A stretch of 55,328 bases of DNA, the filler included, from Sphacelaria rigidula (Eukaryota): NCBI GenBank assembly GCA_964200075.2. It is 5 parts of 5 records of this genome, joined end to end, with 100 filler letters (N's around TTAATTAATTAA, not from the genome) between each part and the next. Parts side by side here need not be neighbours in the genome. Positions count along the whole stretch, not along the records: positions 1 to 10,986 come from CAXNAA020005570.1; positions 11,087 to 22,072 come from CAXNAA020005571.1; 3 more parts are not named here. One strand, written 5' to 3'. The position numbers and the translations under genes were made by a program. Every line of letters starts with the position of its first letter. The first letter of the stretch is position 1. Positions 1-12,170 of this stretch are shown here, in pieces. Under the pieces are notes generated by a model, which worked only from the letters and a program-made list of their open reading frames with translations, was not told where the DNA came from and ran no database searches.

Positions 1-3000
1 TAGACGGCGAGAGTAGGTCATCTGTCGAGTCGGTATGGATTCTACGTGAAGGACGATGCTTGATTCGGATGACCGACCCCCGCAGTCGGACGGGGTACGC
101 TTTGTCCGCCAGGCGCTCAGTCGGCATCAATTTCACACGAAACGGTACGCGTGGTCCAGATGGACTACCCGCACCGCGGTCTGAGGATAATCCTTTGCCC
201 GCGACTGGAGAGCCGTCGTCAGCCGTCGTGGGAGGCGCTGGGCACGTTGACGACAATGGTTTTGCGTATCATTCCAGTCGCGTGCCCGCTGTGCCACTGT
301 GTATGGCTGTGTGTGACACGTACTGGACTATCGCCGAAGTGGAACGGTTGATCCTTCGACCGCGGGACTGGGTAACGCTTTGACCGTAGTCGGATTGCTG
401 TAGTCTTTGGTGGTTCGCGACGCCGGGCGTATTGACAACGACTGTTCTGCACATCATGTCGGTCGTGTATCTGGTGTACCGCTGTGTATGGCTGTACATG
501 GCCCGTGATGACCTACCGCCGCGGTCAAGCGGTTCACCCCTAGACGGCGAGAGTAGGTCATCTGTCGAGTCGGCATGGATTCCACGTGAAGGACGATGCT
601 TGATTCGGATGACCGACCCCCGCAGTCGGACGGGCTACGCTTTGTCCGCCAGGGTAGGTCACCTGCTGAGTCGGCATCAATTTCGAACAGAAACGTATGC
701 GTGATCCAGATGGGGTACCCGCATCGCGGTCTAGCGGTGACCCATTCGACCTGGGTCAGACGGTCGTGGTCGATGACGGTGAGCGGTGCTGGGCAAGGTG
801 ACAACGACTGTTCTGCACATCATTTCGGTCGTGTATCTGGTGTACGGCTGTGTATGGCTGTATATGGCCCGTGATGACCTACCGCCGCGGTCAAACGGTT
901 CACCTCTAGGCGGCGATGGTAGGTCATCTGTTGAGTGAACATCGATTCCACGTGAAGGACGACGCGTGATTTGGATCATCAACCCCTGCAGTCGGACGGG
1001 TCACCTTTGTTCGCCAGGGTAGGTCACCTGCGGAGTCAGCATCAATTTGAAACAGAAAGGTATGCGTGATCTAGGTGGACTACCCGTACCGCGGTCTGAG
1101 GATAAATCCTTTGCCCGCGGCTGGAGAGCCGTGGTCGGTGACTGTGGGCGGCGCTGGGCACGTTGACGACCACTGGTTTTGCGTATCATTCCAGTCGCGT
1201 GCCCGCCGTGCCACTATATGTGGGTGTGTGCGACACGTACTGGACTATCGCCGAAGTGGAACGGTTAATCCTTCGACCGCGGGACCGGCTAGCCCTTTTA
1301 CCGTAGTCGGATTGCTGTAGTCTCTGGTGGTTCGTGACGCCGGGCATATTGTCGACGAGTGTTCTGCATATCATTCCGATCGTGTTTCTGCTGTACCGCT
1401 GCGTAGGGCTGTACATGGCCCGTGATGACCTACCGCCGCGATAAACCAGTTCACACCTAGACGGCGAGAGTAGGTCATCCGTTGAGTCGGCATCAGTTCC
1501 ACCAGAAGGACGACGCGTGATTTGGATGACCAACCCCTGCAGTCGGACGGGTCACCCTCTGTCCGCCAGGGTAGGTCACCTGCTGAGTCAGCATAAATTT
1601 GAAACAGAAAGGTATGCGTGATCGAGACGGACTACCCGCACCGCGGTCTGAGGATAAACCCTTTGCTCAAGGCTGGAGAGCCGTCGTCAGCCGTCGTGGG
1701 AGGCGCTGGGCACGTTGACGACAATGGTTTTGCGTATCATTCCAGTCGCGTGCCCGCTGTGCCATTGTGTGTGGCCGTGTGTGACACGTACTGAACTATC
1801 GCCGAAGTGGAACGGTTGATCCTTCGACCGCGGGACCGGCTAGCCCTTTGACCGTAGTCGGATTGCTGTAGTCTCTGGTGGTTCGCGACGCCGGGCATAT
1901 TGACAACGACTGTTCTGCACATCATGTCGGTCGTGTATCTGGTGTACCGCTGTGTATAGCTGTATATGGCCCGTGATGACCTACCGCCGCGGTCAAGCGG
2001 TTCGCCCCTAGACGATGAGTGTAGGTCACCTGCGGAATCGGCATCGATTTGAAACGGAAAAGTATGCGTGATCGAGACGGACTACCCGCATCGCGGTCTT
2101 AGCGGTGACCCATTCGACTTAGGTCAGATGGTCGTGGTCGGTGACGGTGAGCGGTGCTGGGCACGATGACAATAAAACTTTCTGCACATGATTTCATTCA
2201 CCTACCTGTTGTACCGCTGTGTATGGCTGTATATGCCCTGTGATGACCTACCGCCGCGGTAAAATGGTTCACCCCTGACCTAGACGGCGAGAGTAGGTCA
2301 TCTGTCGAGTCGGCATGGATTCCACGTGAGAACGATGCTTGATTCGGATGACCGGCCCCCGCAGTCGGACGGGTCACCCTCTGTCCGCCAGGGTAGGTCA
2401 CCTGCTGAGTCAGCATAAATTTGAAAAAGAAAGGTATGCGTGATCCAGATGGACTACCCGCAACGCGGTCTTAGTATAAACCCTTTGCCCGCGACTGGAG
2501 AGCCGTCGTCAGCCGTCGTGGGAGGCGCTGGGCACGTTGACGACAATGGTTTTGCGTATCATTCCAGTCGCGTGCCCGCTGTGCCATTGTGTGTGGCTGT
2601 ATGTGACAAGTACTGGACTATCGCCGAAGTGGAACGGTTGATTCTTCGACCGCGGGACCGGGTAACCCTCTGACCGTAGTCGGATTGCTGTAATCTCTGG
2701 TGGTTCGCGACGACGGGCATATAGACAACGACTGTTCTGCACATCATGTCGGTCGTGTATCTGGTGTACCGCTGTGTATGACTGTATATGGCCCGTGATG
2801 ACCTGCCGCCGCGGTCAACCTGTTCACACCTAGACGGCGAGAGTAGGTCATCTTTTGAGTCGGCATCGATTCCACGTGAAGGACGATGCTTGATTCGGAT
2901 GACCGACCCCCGCAGTCGGACGGGCTACGCTTTGTCCGCCAGGGTAGGTCACCTGCTGAGTCGGCATCGATTTGAGACAGAAAGGTATGCGTGATCGAGA

Positions 3001-6000
3001 CGGACTACCCGCATCGCGGTCTAGCGGTAACCCGTTCGACCTAGATCAGATGGTCGTTGTCGGTGACGGTGAGCGGTGCTGGGCACGATGACAATGATCC
3101 CTTTTGCACATGATTTCGTTCACCTACCTGCTGCACCGCTGTGTATGGCTGTATATGCCCTGTGATGACCTACCGCCGCGGTAAAATGGTTCACCCCTAG
3201 ACTAGACGGCGAGAGTAGGTCATCTGTCGAGTCGGCATGGATTCCACGTGAAGGACAATGCTTGATTCGGATGACCAACCCGTGCAGTCGGACGGGTTAC
3301 CCGTTGTCCGCCAGGGTAGGTCACCCGCTCAGTCGGCATCAATTTCACACGAAACGGTACGCGTGGTCCAGATGGACTACCCGCACCGCGGTCTGAGGAT
3401 AAACCCTTTGCCCGCGGCTGGAGAGCCGTCGTCAGCCGTCGTGGGAGGCGCTGGGCACGTTGACGACAATGGTTTTGCGTATCATTCCAGTCGCGTGCCC
3501 GCTGTGCCATTGTGTGTGGCCGTATGTGACACGTACTGAACTATCGCCGAAGTGGAACGGTTGATCCTTCGACCGCGTGACCGGCTAACGCTTTGACCGT
3601 AGTCGGATTGCTGTAGTCTCTGGTGGTTCGCGACGCCGGGCATATTGACAACGACTGTTCTGCACATCATGTCGGTCGTGTATCTGGTGTACCGCTGTGT
3701 ATGGCTGTATATGGCCCGTGATGACCTACCGCCGCGGTCAAGCGGTACACACCTAGACGGCGAGAGTAGGTCATCTGTCGAGTCGGTATGGATTCTACGT
3801 GAAGGACGATGCTTGATTCGGATGACCGACCCCCGCAGTCGAACGGGCTACGCTTTGTCCGCCAGGGTAGGTCACCTGCGGAGCCGGCATCAATTTCGAA
3901 CAGTGCAGTATGTGTGATCCAGATGGATTACCCGCATCGCAGTCTAGCGGTGACCCATTCGACCTAGGTCAGATGGTCGTGGTCGGTGACGGTGAGCGGT
4001 GCTGGGCAAGGTGACAACGACTGTTCTGCACATCATTTCGGTCGTGTATCTGGTGTACCGCTGTGTATGGCTGTATATGCCCTGTGATGACCTGCCGCCG
4101 CGGTCAAGCGCTTCACACCTAGACGGCGAGAGTAGGTCATCTGTCGCGTGGGCATCGATTCCACGTGAAGGACAATGCTTGATTCGTATGACCGACCCCC
4201 GCAGTCGGGCGGGCTACGCTTTGTCCGCCAGGGTAGGTCACCTGCTGAGTCGGCATCGATTTGAGACAGAAAGGTATGCGTGATCGAGACGGACTACCCG
4301 CATCGCGGTCTAGCGGTAACTCGTTCGACCTAGATCAGATGGTCGTGGTCGGTGACGGTGAGCGGTGCTGGGCACGATAACAATGGTCCCTTTTGCACAT
4401 GATTTCGTTCACCTACCTGTTGTACCGCTGTGTATGGCTGTATATGCCCTGTGATGACCTGCCGCCGCGGTCAAATGGTTCACCCCTACTAGACGGCGAG
4501 AGTAGGTCATCTGTCGAGTCGGCATGGATTCCACGTGAAGGACAATGCTTGATTCGGATGACCAACCCGTGCAGTCGGGCGGGCTACCCGTTGTCCGCCA
4601 GGGTAGGTCACCCGCTCAGTCGGCATCAATTTCACACGAAACGGTACGCGTGGTCCAGATGGACTACCCGCACCGCGGTCTGAGGATATACCCTTTGCCC
4701 GCGGCTGGAGAGCCGTCGTCAGCCGTCGTGGGAGGCGCTGGGCACGTTGACGACAATGGTTTTGCGTATCATTCCAGTCGCGTGCCCGCTGTGCCATTGT
4801 GTGTGGCCGTATGTGACACGTACTGAACTATCGCCGAAGTGGAACGGTTGATCCTTCGACCGCGGGACCGGCTAACGCTTTGACCGTAGTCGGATTGCTG
4901 TAGTCTCTGGTGGTTCGCGACGCCGGGCATATTGACAACGACTGTTCTGCACATCATGTCGGTCGTGTATCTGGTGTACCGCTGTGTATGGCTGTATATG
5001 GCCCGTGATGACCTACCGCCGCGGTCAAGCGGTACACACCTAGACGGCGAGAGTAGGTCATCTGTCGAGTCGGTATGGATTCCACGTGAAGGACGATGCT
5101 TGATTCGGATGACCGACCCCCGCAGTCGAACGGGCTACGCTTTGTCCGCCAGGGTAGATCACCTGCGGAGCCGGCATCAATTTCGAACAGTGCAGTATGT
5201 GTGTTCCAGATGGATTACCCGCATCGCAGTCTAGCGGTGACCCATTCGACCTAGGTCAGATGGTCGTGGTCGGTGACGGTGAGCGGTTCTGGGCAAGGTG
5301 ACAACGACTGTTCTGCACATCATTTCGGTCGTGTATCTGGTGTACCACTGTGTATGGCTGTATATGCCCTGTGATGACCTACCGCCGCGGTCAAGCGGTA
5401 CACCCCTAGACGGCGAGAGTAGGTCATCTGTCGCGTGGGCATCGATTCCACGTGAAGGACGATGCTTGATTCGGATGAACGACCCCCGCAGTCGGTCAGG
5501 CTACGCTTTGTCCGCCAGGGTAGGTCACCTGCTGAGTCGGCATCAATTTCGAACAGAAAAGTATGCGTGACTCAGATGGATTACCCGCATCGCGGTCTAG
5601 CGGTGACCCATTCGACCTAGGTCAGATGGTCGTGGTCGGTGACGGTGGGCGGTGCTGGGCAAGTTGACAACGACTTTTCTGCACATCATTCCGGCCGTGT
5701 ATCCGGTGTACCGCTGTGTATGGCTGTATATGGCCCGTGATGACCTACCGCCGCGGTCAAACGGTTTACCCCTAGACGGCGAGGGTAGGTCATCTGTTGA
5801 GTCGGCATGGATTCCACGTGAAGGACGATGCTTGATTCGGATGACCGACCCCCGCAGCCGGACGGGTTACGCTCTGTCCGCCAGGATAGGTCACCTGCGG
5901 AGCCGGCATTAATTTCGAACAGAAAGGTATGCGTGATCGAGACGGACTACCCGCTTCGCGGTCTGGCGGTAACTCATTCGACCTAGGTCAGATGGTCGTG

Positions 6001-9000
6001 GTCGGTGGCGGTGGGCGACGCCGGGCAAATTGACAGTGATACCTTCTGCACAGCATTTCGGTCGTGTATCTGGTGTATCGCTGTGTAGGGCTGTATAGTA
6101 TCCGTGATGACCTACCGCCGCGGTCATTCGGTTTACCCTTGGACGGTGAGAGTAGGTCATCTGTTGAGTCGGCATCGAGTCCACGTGAACGATGATGCTC
6201 GAATCGGATGAACAACCTCCGCAGTCGGACGGGTTACACTTCGTCTGCCAGGGTGGCCTACCGCTAGATAGGCATCAATTTCAAACAGAGACGTATGCGT
6301 GATTCAGACGGATTACCCGCATCGCGTTGTAGCTCTCACACATTTGACCGAGGTCAGATGGTTGTGGTTGGTGACGGTGGGCGGTGCTTGGAAAATGACC
6401 ATGATTCCTTCTGCACATGATTCCGTTCACCTACCTGCTGTATCGCTGTGTATGGCTGTATACTATCCGTGATGACCCACCGCCGCGGTCAATCGGTTCA
6501 GACCTCAACTAGACGGCGAGAGTAGGTCATCTGTTGAGTCGGCATTGATTCCACGTGAAGGACGATGCTTGATTCGGATGAACGACCCCCGCAGTCGGAC
6601 GGGTTATGCTTCGTCTGCCAGCGTGGGTTACCGCTAGATAGGCATCAATTTGAAGCAGGAAGGTATGCGTGGTCCAGATGGATTACCCGCATCGCGGTCT
6701 AGCGGTAACCCATTTGACCTAGGTCAGATCGTCGTGGTCGGTGACGGTGGGCGGTGCTAGGCAAGTTGACAACGACTTTTCTGCACATCATTCAGGCCGT
6801 GTATCCGGTGTACCGCTGTGTATGGCTGTATATGGCCCGTGATGACCTACCGCCGCGGTCAAACGGTTTACCCCTAGACGGCGAGAGTAGGTCATCTGTT
6901 GAGTCGGCATGGATTCCACGTGAAGGACGATGCTTGATTCGGATGACCGACCCCCGCAGCCGGACGGGCTACGCTTTGTCCGCCAGGATAGGTCAACTGC
7001 GGAGCCGGCATCAATTTCGAACAGAAAAGTATGCGTGATCGAGACGGATTACCCGCATCGCGGTCTAGCGGTAACCCATTCGACCGATGTCAGATGATCG
7101 TGGTCGGTGACGGTGGGCGACGCCGGGCAAATTGACAGTGATACCTTCTGCACATCATTTCGTTCACCTACCTGCTGCACCGCTGTGTAGGGCTGTATAG
7201 TATCCGTGATGACCCACCGCCGCGGTCATTCGGTTTACCCTTGGACGGCGAGAGTAGGTCATCTGTTGAGTCGGCATCGATTCCACCAGAAGGACGATGC
7301 TTGATTCGGATGAACAACCTCCGCAGTCGGACGGGTTACACTTCGTCTGCCAGGGTGGTCTACCGCTAGATAGGCATCAATTTCAAACAGAGACGTATGC
7401 GTGATTCAGACGGATTACCCGCATCGCGGTCTAGCTCTCACCCATTTGACTGAGGTCAGATGGTTGTGATCGGTGACGGTGGGCGGTGCTTGTAAATTGA
7501 CCATGATCCCTTCCGCACATGATTCCGTTCACCTACCTGCTGTATCGCTGTGTATGGCTGTATACTATCCGTGATGACCCACCGCCGCGGTCAATCGGTT
7601 CAGACCTCAACTAGACGGCGAGAGTAGGTCATCTGTTGAGTTGGCATTGATTCCACGTGAAGGACGATGCTTGATTCGGATGAACGACCCCCGCAGTCGG
7701 ACGGGTTATGCTTCGTCTGCCAGGGTGGGTTACCGCTAGATAGGCATCAATTTGAAGCAGGAAGGTATGCGTGGTCCAGATGGATTACCCGCATCGCGGT
7801 CTAGCGGTGACCCATTTGACCGAGGTCTTTTTGTCCTGGACGGTGACAGTGGGCGGTGCTGGGCATGTGACAATGATCCCTCCCGCACATGACTTCGTTC
7901 ACCTTGTAATGCGAGAGAGGACCGCGTGCTTGGAGGACCGCGCCGTAGTTCGAAGTACTTTAGGATCGACGTTTCTCAAAACCAGTGGGGTCATTCCCCG
8001 CAGGTACCACGCCCCTGACCCTAACCCCAACACTAACCCTAACCCTAACCCGAACCATAGGGGGTTTCCAATTCCGATGCGGTCCTCTAAGCACGCAGTC
8101 CTCACACGCATTACACACCTACCTGTTGTATCGCTGTGTATGGCTGTAAATGCCCTGTGATGACCTACCGCCACGGTCAAACGGTTCACCCCTAGACGGC
8201 GAGCGTAGGTCATTTGTTAAGTCGGCATCGACTCCACCTGAAGGACGATGCTTGATTTGGATGTGCGATCCACGCAGTCGGACGGGTAACGCTTCGTCCG
8301 CCAGGGTGATTTACCGCTACATCGGCATCAATTTGGAACAAAGAGGAATGTGTTATCCAGACGGACTACCGGCATCGTGGTCGGAGGGTGATCCATTCGA
8401 CCGAAGTCAGGTGGCCGTGGTCGGTGACGGTGGGCGGTGCTGGGCAAGTTGACATTGATCTCTTCTGCACATGATTTCGTTCAACCTCCTGCTGTACCGC
8501 TGTGTATGGCTGTATATGACCCGTGATGACCTACCGCCGCGGTCAATCGGTTCACCCCTAGACGGCAAGAGTAGGTCACCTGTTGAGTCGGCATCGATTC
8601 CACGTGAAGGACGATGCTTGATTCGGATGACCGACCCCCGCAGTCGGACGGGTTACGCTCCGTCTGCCAGGGTGGGTTACGGCTAGATAGGCATCAATTT
8701 GAAACAAAAAAGTGAGCGTGGTCCAGATGGACTACCCGCATCGCGGTCTAGCGGGGACCCATTTGCAAGGTTTGATGGTCGTGGTCGGTGACCGTAGGCG
8801 GTGCTGGGCAAGTTGACAATGATTCCTTCTGCACATGAGTTCGTTCACCTACCTGCTGTACCGCCGTGTATGGCTGTAAATGCCCTGTGATGACCTACCG
8901 CCGCGGTCAAGCGGTTCACACCTAGACGACGAGAGTAGGTCATCTGATGAGTCGGCATTGATTCCACCTGAAGGACGATGCGTGATTTGGATGAACGACC

Positions 9001-10913
9001 CACGCAGTCGGACGAGTTACGCTTTGTCCGCCAAAGGGGTTTAACGCTAAATAGGCATCAATTTCAAACAAAAAGGAGTGTGTTATCCAAACAGACTACC
9101 CGCATCGTGGTCTGACGGTACCTCATTCGACCAAGATCAGGTGGCCGTGGTCGATGACGGTGGGCGGTGCTGGGCAAGGTGACAACGACTGTTCTGCACA
9201 TCATTTCGTTCAACCTTCTGCTGTACCGCTGTGTAGGGCTGTACATGGCCCGTGATGACCTACCGCCGCGGTCAATCGGTTCACACCTAGACAGCGGTAG
9301 TGAGTCATCTGCTGAGTCGGTATCAATTCTACCAAAAGGACGACGCGTGATCTGGATAACAGACCCCCACAGTCGGACGGGTTACCCGTTGTCCGCCAGG
9401 ATAAGTCACCTGCTGAGTCGGCATCAGTTTGAAACAGAAAGATATGCGTGATCCAGATGGACTACCCGCACCGCGGTCTGAGGATAAACCCTTTGCCCGC
9501 GGCTGGAGAGCCGTGGTCGGTGACGGTGGGCGGCGCTGGGCACGTTGACGACCACTGGTTTTGCGTATCATTCCAGTCGCGTGCCCTCTGTACCGCTTTG
9601 TATGGCTGTATGTGACACGTACTGAACTATCGCCGAGGTGGAACGGTTTATCCTTCGACCGCTGGACCGGCTAGCCCTTTGACCGTAGTCGGATTGCTGT
9701 AGTCTCTGGTGGTTCGCGACGCCGGGCATATTGACAACGACTGTTCTGCACATCATGTCGGTCGTGTATTTGGTGTACGGCTGTGTATGGCTGAATAGGG
9801 CCCGTGATGACCTACCGCAGCGGTCAAGCGGTTCACCCCTAGACGGCGAGAGTAGGTCATCTGTTGAGTCGGCATTGATTTCACGTGAAGGACGATGCTT
9901 GATTCGGATGACCGACCCCCGCAGTCGGACGGGCTACGCTTTGTCCGCCAGGGTAGATCACCTGCTGAATCGGCATCAATTTCGAACAGAAAGGTATGCT
10001 TGATCCAGATGGGGTACCCGCATCGTGGTCTGACGGTACCTCATTCGACCAAGATCAGGTGGCCGTGGTCGGTGACGGTGGGCGGTGCTGGGCAAGTTGA
10101 CAACGACTGTTCTGCACATCATTTCGGCCGTGTATCTGGTGTACCGCTGTGTAGGGCTGTACATGGCCCGTGATGATCTACCGCCGCGGTCAAACGGTTC
10201 ACACCTAGACAGCGGTAGTGAGTCATCTGCTGAGTCGGTATCAATTCTACCAAAAGGACGACGCGTGATCTGGATAACAGACCCCCACAGTCGGACGGGT
10301 TACGCTCTGTCCGCCAGGATAAGTCAACTGCTGAGTCTGCATCAATTTGAAACAGAAAGGTATGCGTAATCTAGATGGACTACCCGCACCGCGGTCTGAG
10401 GATAAACCCTTTGCCCGCGGCTGGAGAGCCGTGGTCGGTGACGGTGGGCGGCGCTGGGCACGTTGACGACAATGGTTTTGCGTATCATTCCAGTCGCGTG
10501 CCCGCTGTGCCACTGTGTATCGCTGCATGTGACACGTACTGAACTATCGCCGAGGTGGAACGGTTTATCCTTCGACCGGGGGACCGGCTAGCCTTTTGAC
10601 CGTAGTCGGATTGCTGTAGTCTCTGGTGGTTCATGACGCCGGGCATATTGACAACGACTGTTCTGCACATCATTCCGGCCGTGTATCTGGTGTACGGCTG
10701 TGTATGGCCGTACATGGCCCGTGATGACCTACCGCCGCGGTCAAACGGTTCACTCCTAGACGGCGAGAGTAGGTCATCTGTTGAGTCGGCATTGATTCCA
10801 CGTGAAGGACGATGCTTGATTCGGATGACCGACCCCCGCAGTCGGACGGGCTACGCTTTGTCCGCCAGGGTAGGTCACCTGCTGAATCGGCATCAATTTC
10901 GAACAGAAAGATA
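1..10913. repeat. Complex tandem satellite array (~25 units of ~366 bp and ~551 bp)
   Basis: The landmark TAGACGGCGAGAGTAGGTCA (or a close variant) recurs at 1, 541, 907, 1458, 2009, 2281, 2831, 3203, 3754, 4120, 4490, 5041, 5407, 5773, 6140, 6510, 6875, 7242, 7612, 8193, 8559, 8923, 9288, 9840, 10206 and 10757. Spacings cluster at 364-372 and 550-552 bp. Confidence 0.97.
7905..8115. mobile_element. MITE (211 bp) inserted in the satellite, with ~37-bp imperfect TIRs, a 5-bp TSD (CACCT) and an internal (CCCTAA)-like tract
   Basis: The left end TGTAATGCGAGAGAGGACCGCGTGCTTGGAGGACCGC matches the reverse complement of the right end (TGTAATGCGTGTGAGGACTGCGTGCTTAGAGGACCGC). CACCT is present at 7900-7904 and 8116-8120. 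Other satellite units show the empty site GTTCACCTACCTG. This unit is 581 bp = 365 + 216. Confidence 0.93.
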
Positions 10914-10986
10914 TGTAACAACAAATTGTGAGAATTGAGGTTTAACTTCGAGATGAGGCTCAAGCCTAAAACAGTGCTTTCCCCAC

Positions 10987-11086
10987 NNNNNNNNNNNNNN
11001 NNNNNNNNNNNNNNNNNNNNNNNNNNNNNNTTAATTAATTAANNNNNNNNNNNNNNNNNNNNNNNNNNNNNNNNNNNNNNNNNNNN
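10987..11086. other. Artificial contig linker (N-run, TTAATTAATTAA, N-run)
   Basis: Exactly 100 bp and identical to the three other linkers. The 12-mer gives stops in all six frames. Confidence 0.97.
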
Positions 11087-11177
11087 CGACGCCAACCCCA
11101 TCGGGGGTCCGCCCCTACAAAGCCGGGACGGAGCACGCCGGGTTCTCGCCGGACCAGGCAGGGAGGCAGGGGGGGGG

Positions 11178-11372
11178 GGTGTTTTCATCTGTTGCTTGCC
11201 TTAGTCATTCGAACATTGACCACGCATCCCTTTCGAGAAGTAACACCGTTCCTACTTCTAAGAGGGACATTTCCAACATTTGGACGCTGATTATGTTCTT
11301 TCCACACATTACACAAGCATTTTACATATTCTATCCCTTCCTGTTTCGCCATCTGTGCCCACCATTCATCTC
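11178..11372 (-). mobile_element. LINE-like 3' end fragment
   Basis: The minus strand encodes RDEWWAQMAKQEG...RSRNGVTSRKGCVVNVRMTKASNR, homologous to the copies at 11545-11793, 39735-40630 and 44612-45680. Confidence 0.75.
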
Positions 11373-11506
11373 TTAGGGAGGCAAGGGGGACGGGGGGGGG
11401 GGGGGGGGCCCTCATTGGTTTTTTGCCTTCGTCTTTTGACCNNNNNNNNNNTTTTTTTTTTTTTTTTTTTCCAGCCCCGGGCCGCATCCGGGACGGCGCC
11501 GGGACT

Positions 11507-11543
<37 letters not shown>

Positions 11544-11544
11544 C

Positions 11545-11793
11545 GCACTCATTGGTTGCTTGCCTTCGTCATTTGACCACGCATTCCTTTCGAGACGGAG
11601 CACCGCTCCTCACCTCCAACAATTGAGCGCTCATCACGCTTGTTTCACGCATTACACAAAAAGATTTCACATATCTTATCCCCCGCCTGTTTCACCGTCT
11701 GTGGCCACCATTTATCTTCTACAGTAGTAAAGCCATCGTGTTCCTCCCTACTGTCCAATGCATCGAACGGTTTCATGCTACCTTTGTCCACTT
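11545..11793 (-). mobile_element. LINE-like 3' end fragment
   Basis: The minus strand encodes FDALDSREE...DKWWPQTVKQAGDKIC and ends at GAGTGCG followed by a C-run, like the other copies. Confidence 0.75.
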
Positions 11794-11810
11794 CGTAGAT
11801 GGAGGGGGGT

Positions 11811-12108
11811 ATACTCATGATCATGCATGCCATAGTCATAAGACCATTGACCTCGCATTCCCACAAAGCCGGGACGGAGCACGCCGGGTTTTCGACGGGC
11901 CAGGATCGCACTCAAACCACCAAGCGCGAAGCGCCGTGGTGTGTCCGGCGAGTCGCATGAAGGGCGAGTTGCATCCTGCTGGATTGTTCGGCCCAAATCC
12001 TATCGATTATCTTGCATTTGGATGACAGCCTCCAATGAGTTGCTTCATTGTCTGGTAGCGTCACTTTCAGAGACAGCCACGGCTTTTGAACTGCCTCATG
12101 GGTGTCTC
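11811..12108. repeat. Dispersed ~300-bp repeat (module A of the CTACGATAGGGG-TIR family)
   Basis: Aligns by eye with 26293-26593. Partial copies lie at 11115-11158 and, inverted, at 26980-27020. It is flanked by CGTAGATGGAGGGGGG at 11794 and 12112. Confidence 0.8.
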
Positions 12109-12170
12109 AACCGTAGATGGAGGGGGGGGGGAGGGGGGGGAGATGATGGTGATACCAGTGGAGATGAAAA

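Noticed and set aside
1..10938. Dozens of similar short ORFs (e.g. MTTTVLHIMSVVYLV...) suggesting a tandem gene family or a CRISPR-like array
   Set aside because: They are translations of the satellite units, with frame-breaking indels between copies. There are no unique spacers and no cas genes.
11031..11042. TTAATTAATTAA as a piggyBac TTAA target or regulatory site
   Set aside because: It is embedded in N-runs and identical at all four joins, so it is a synthetic linker.
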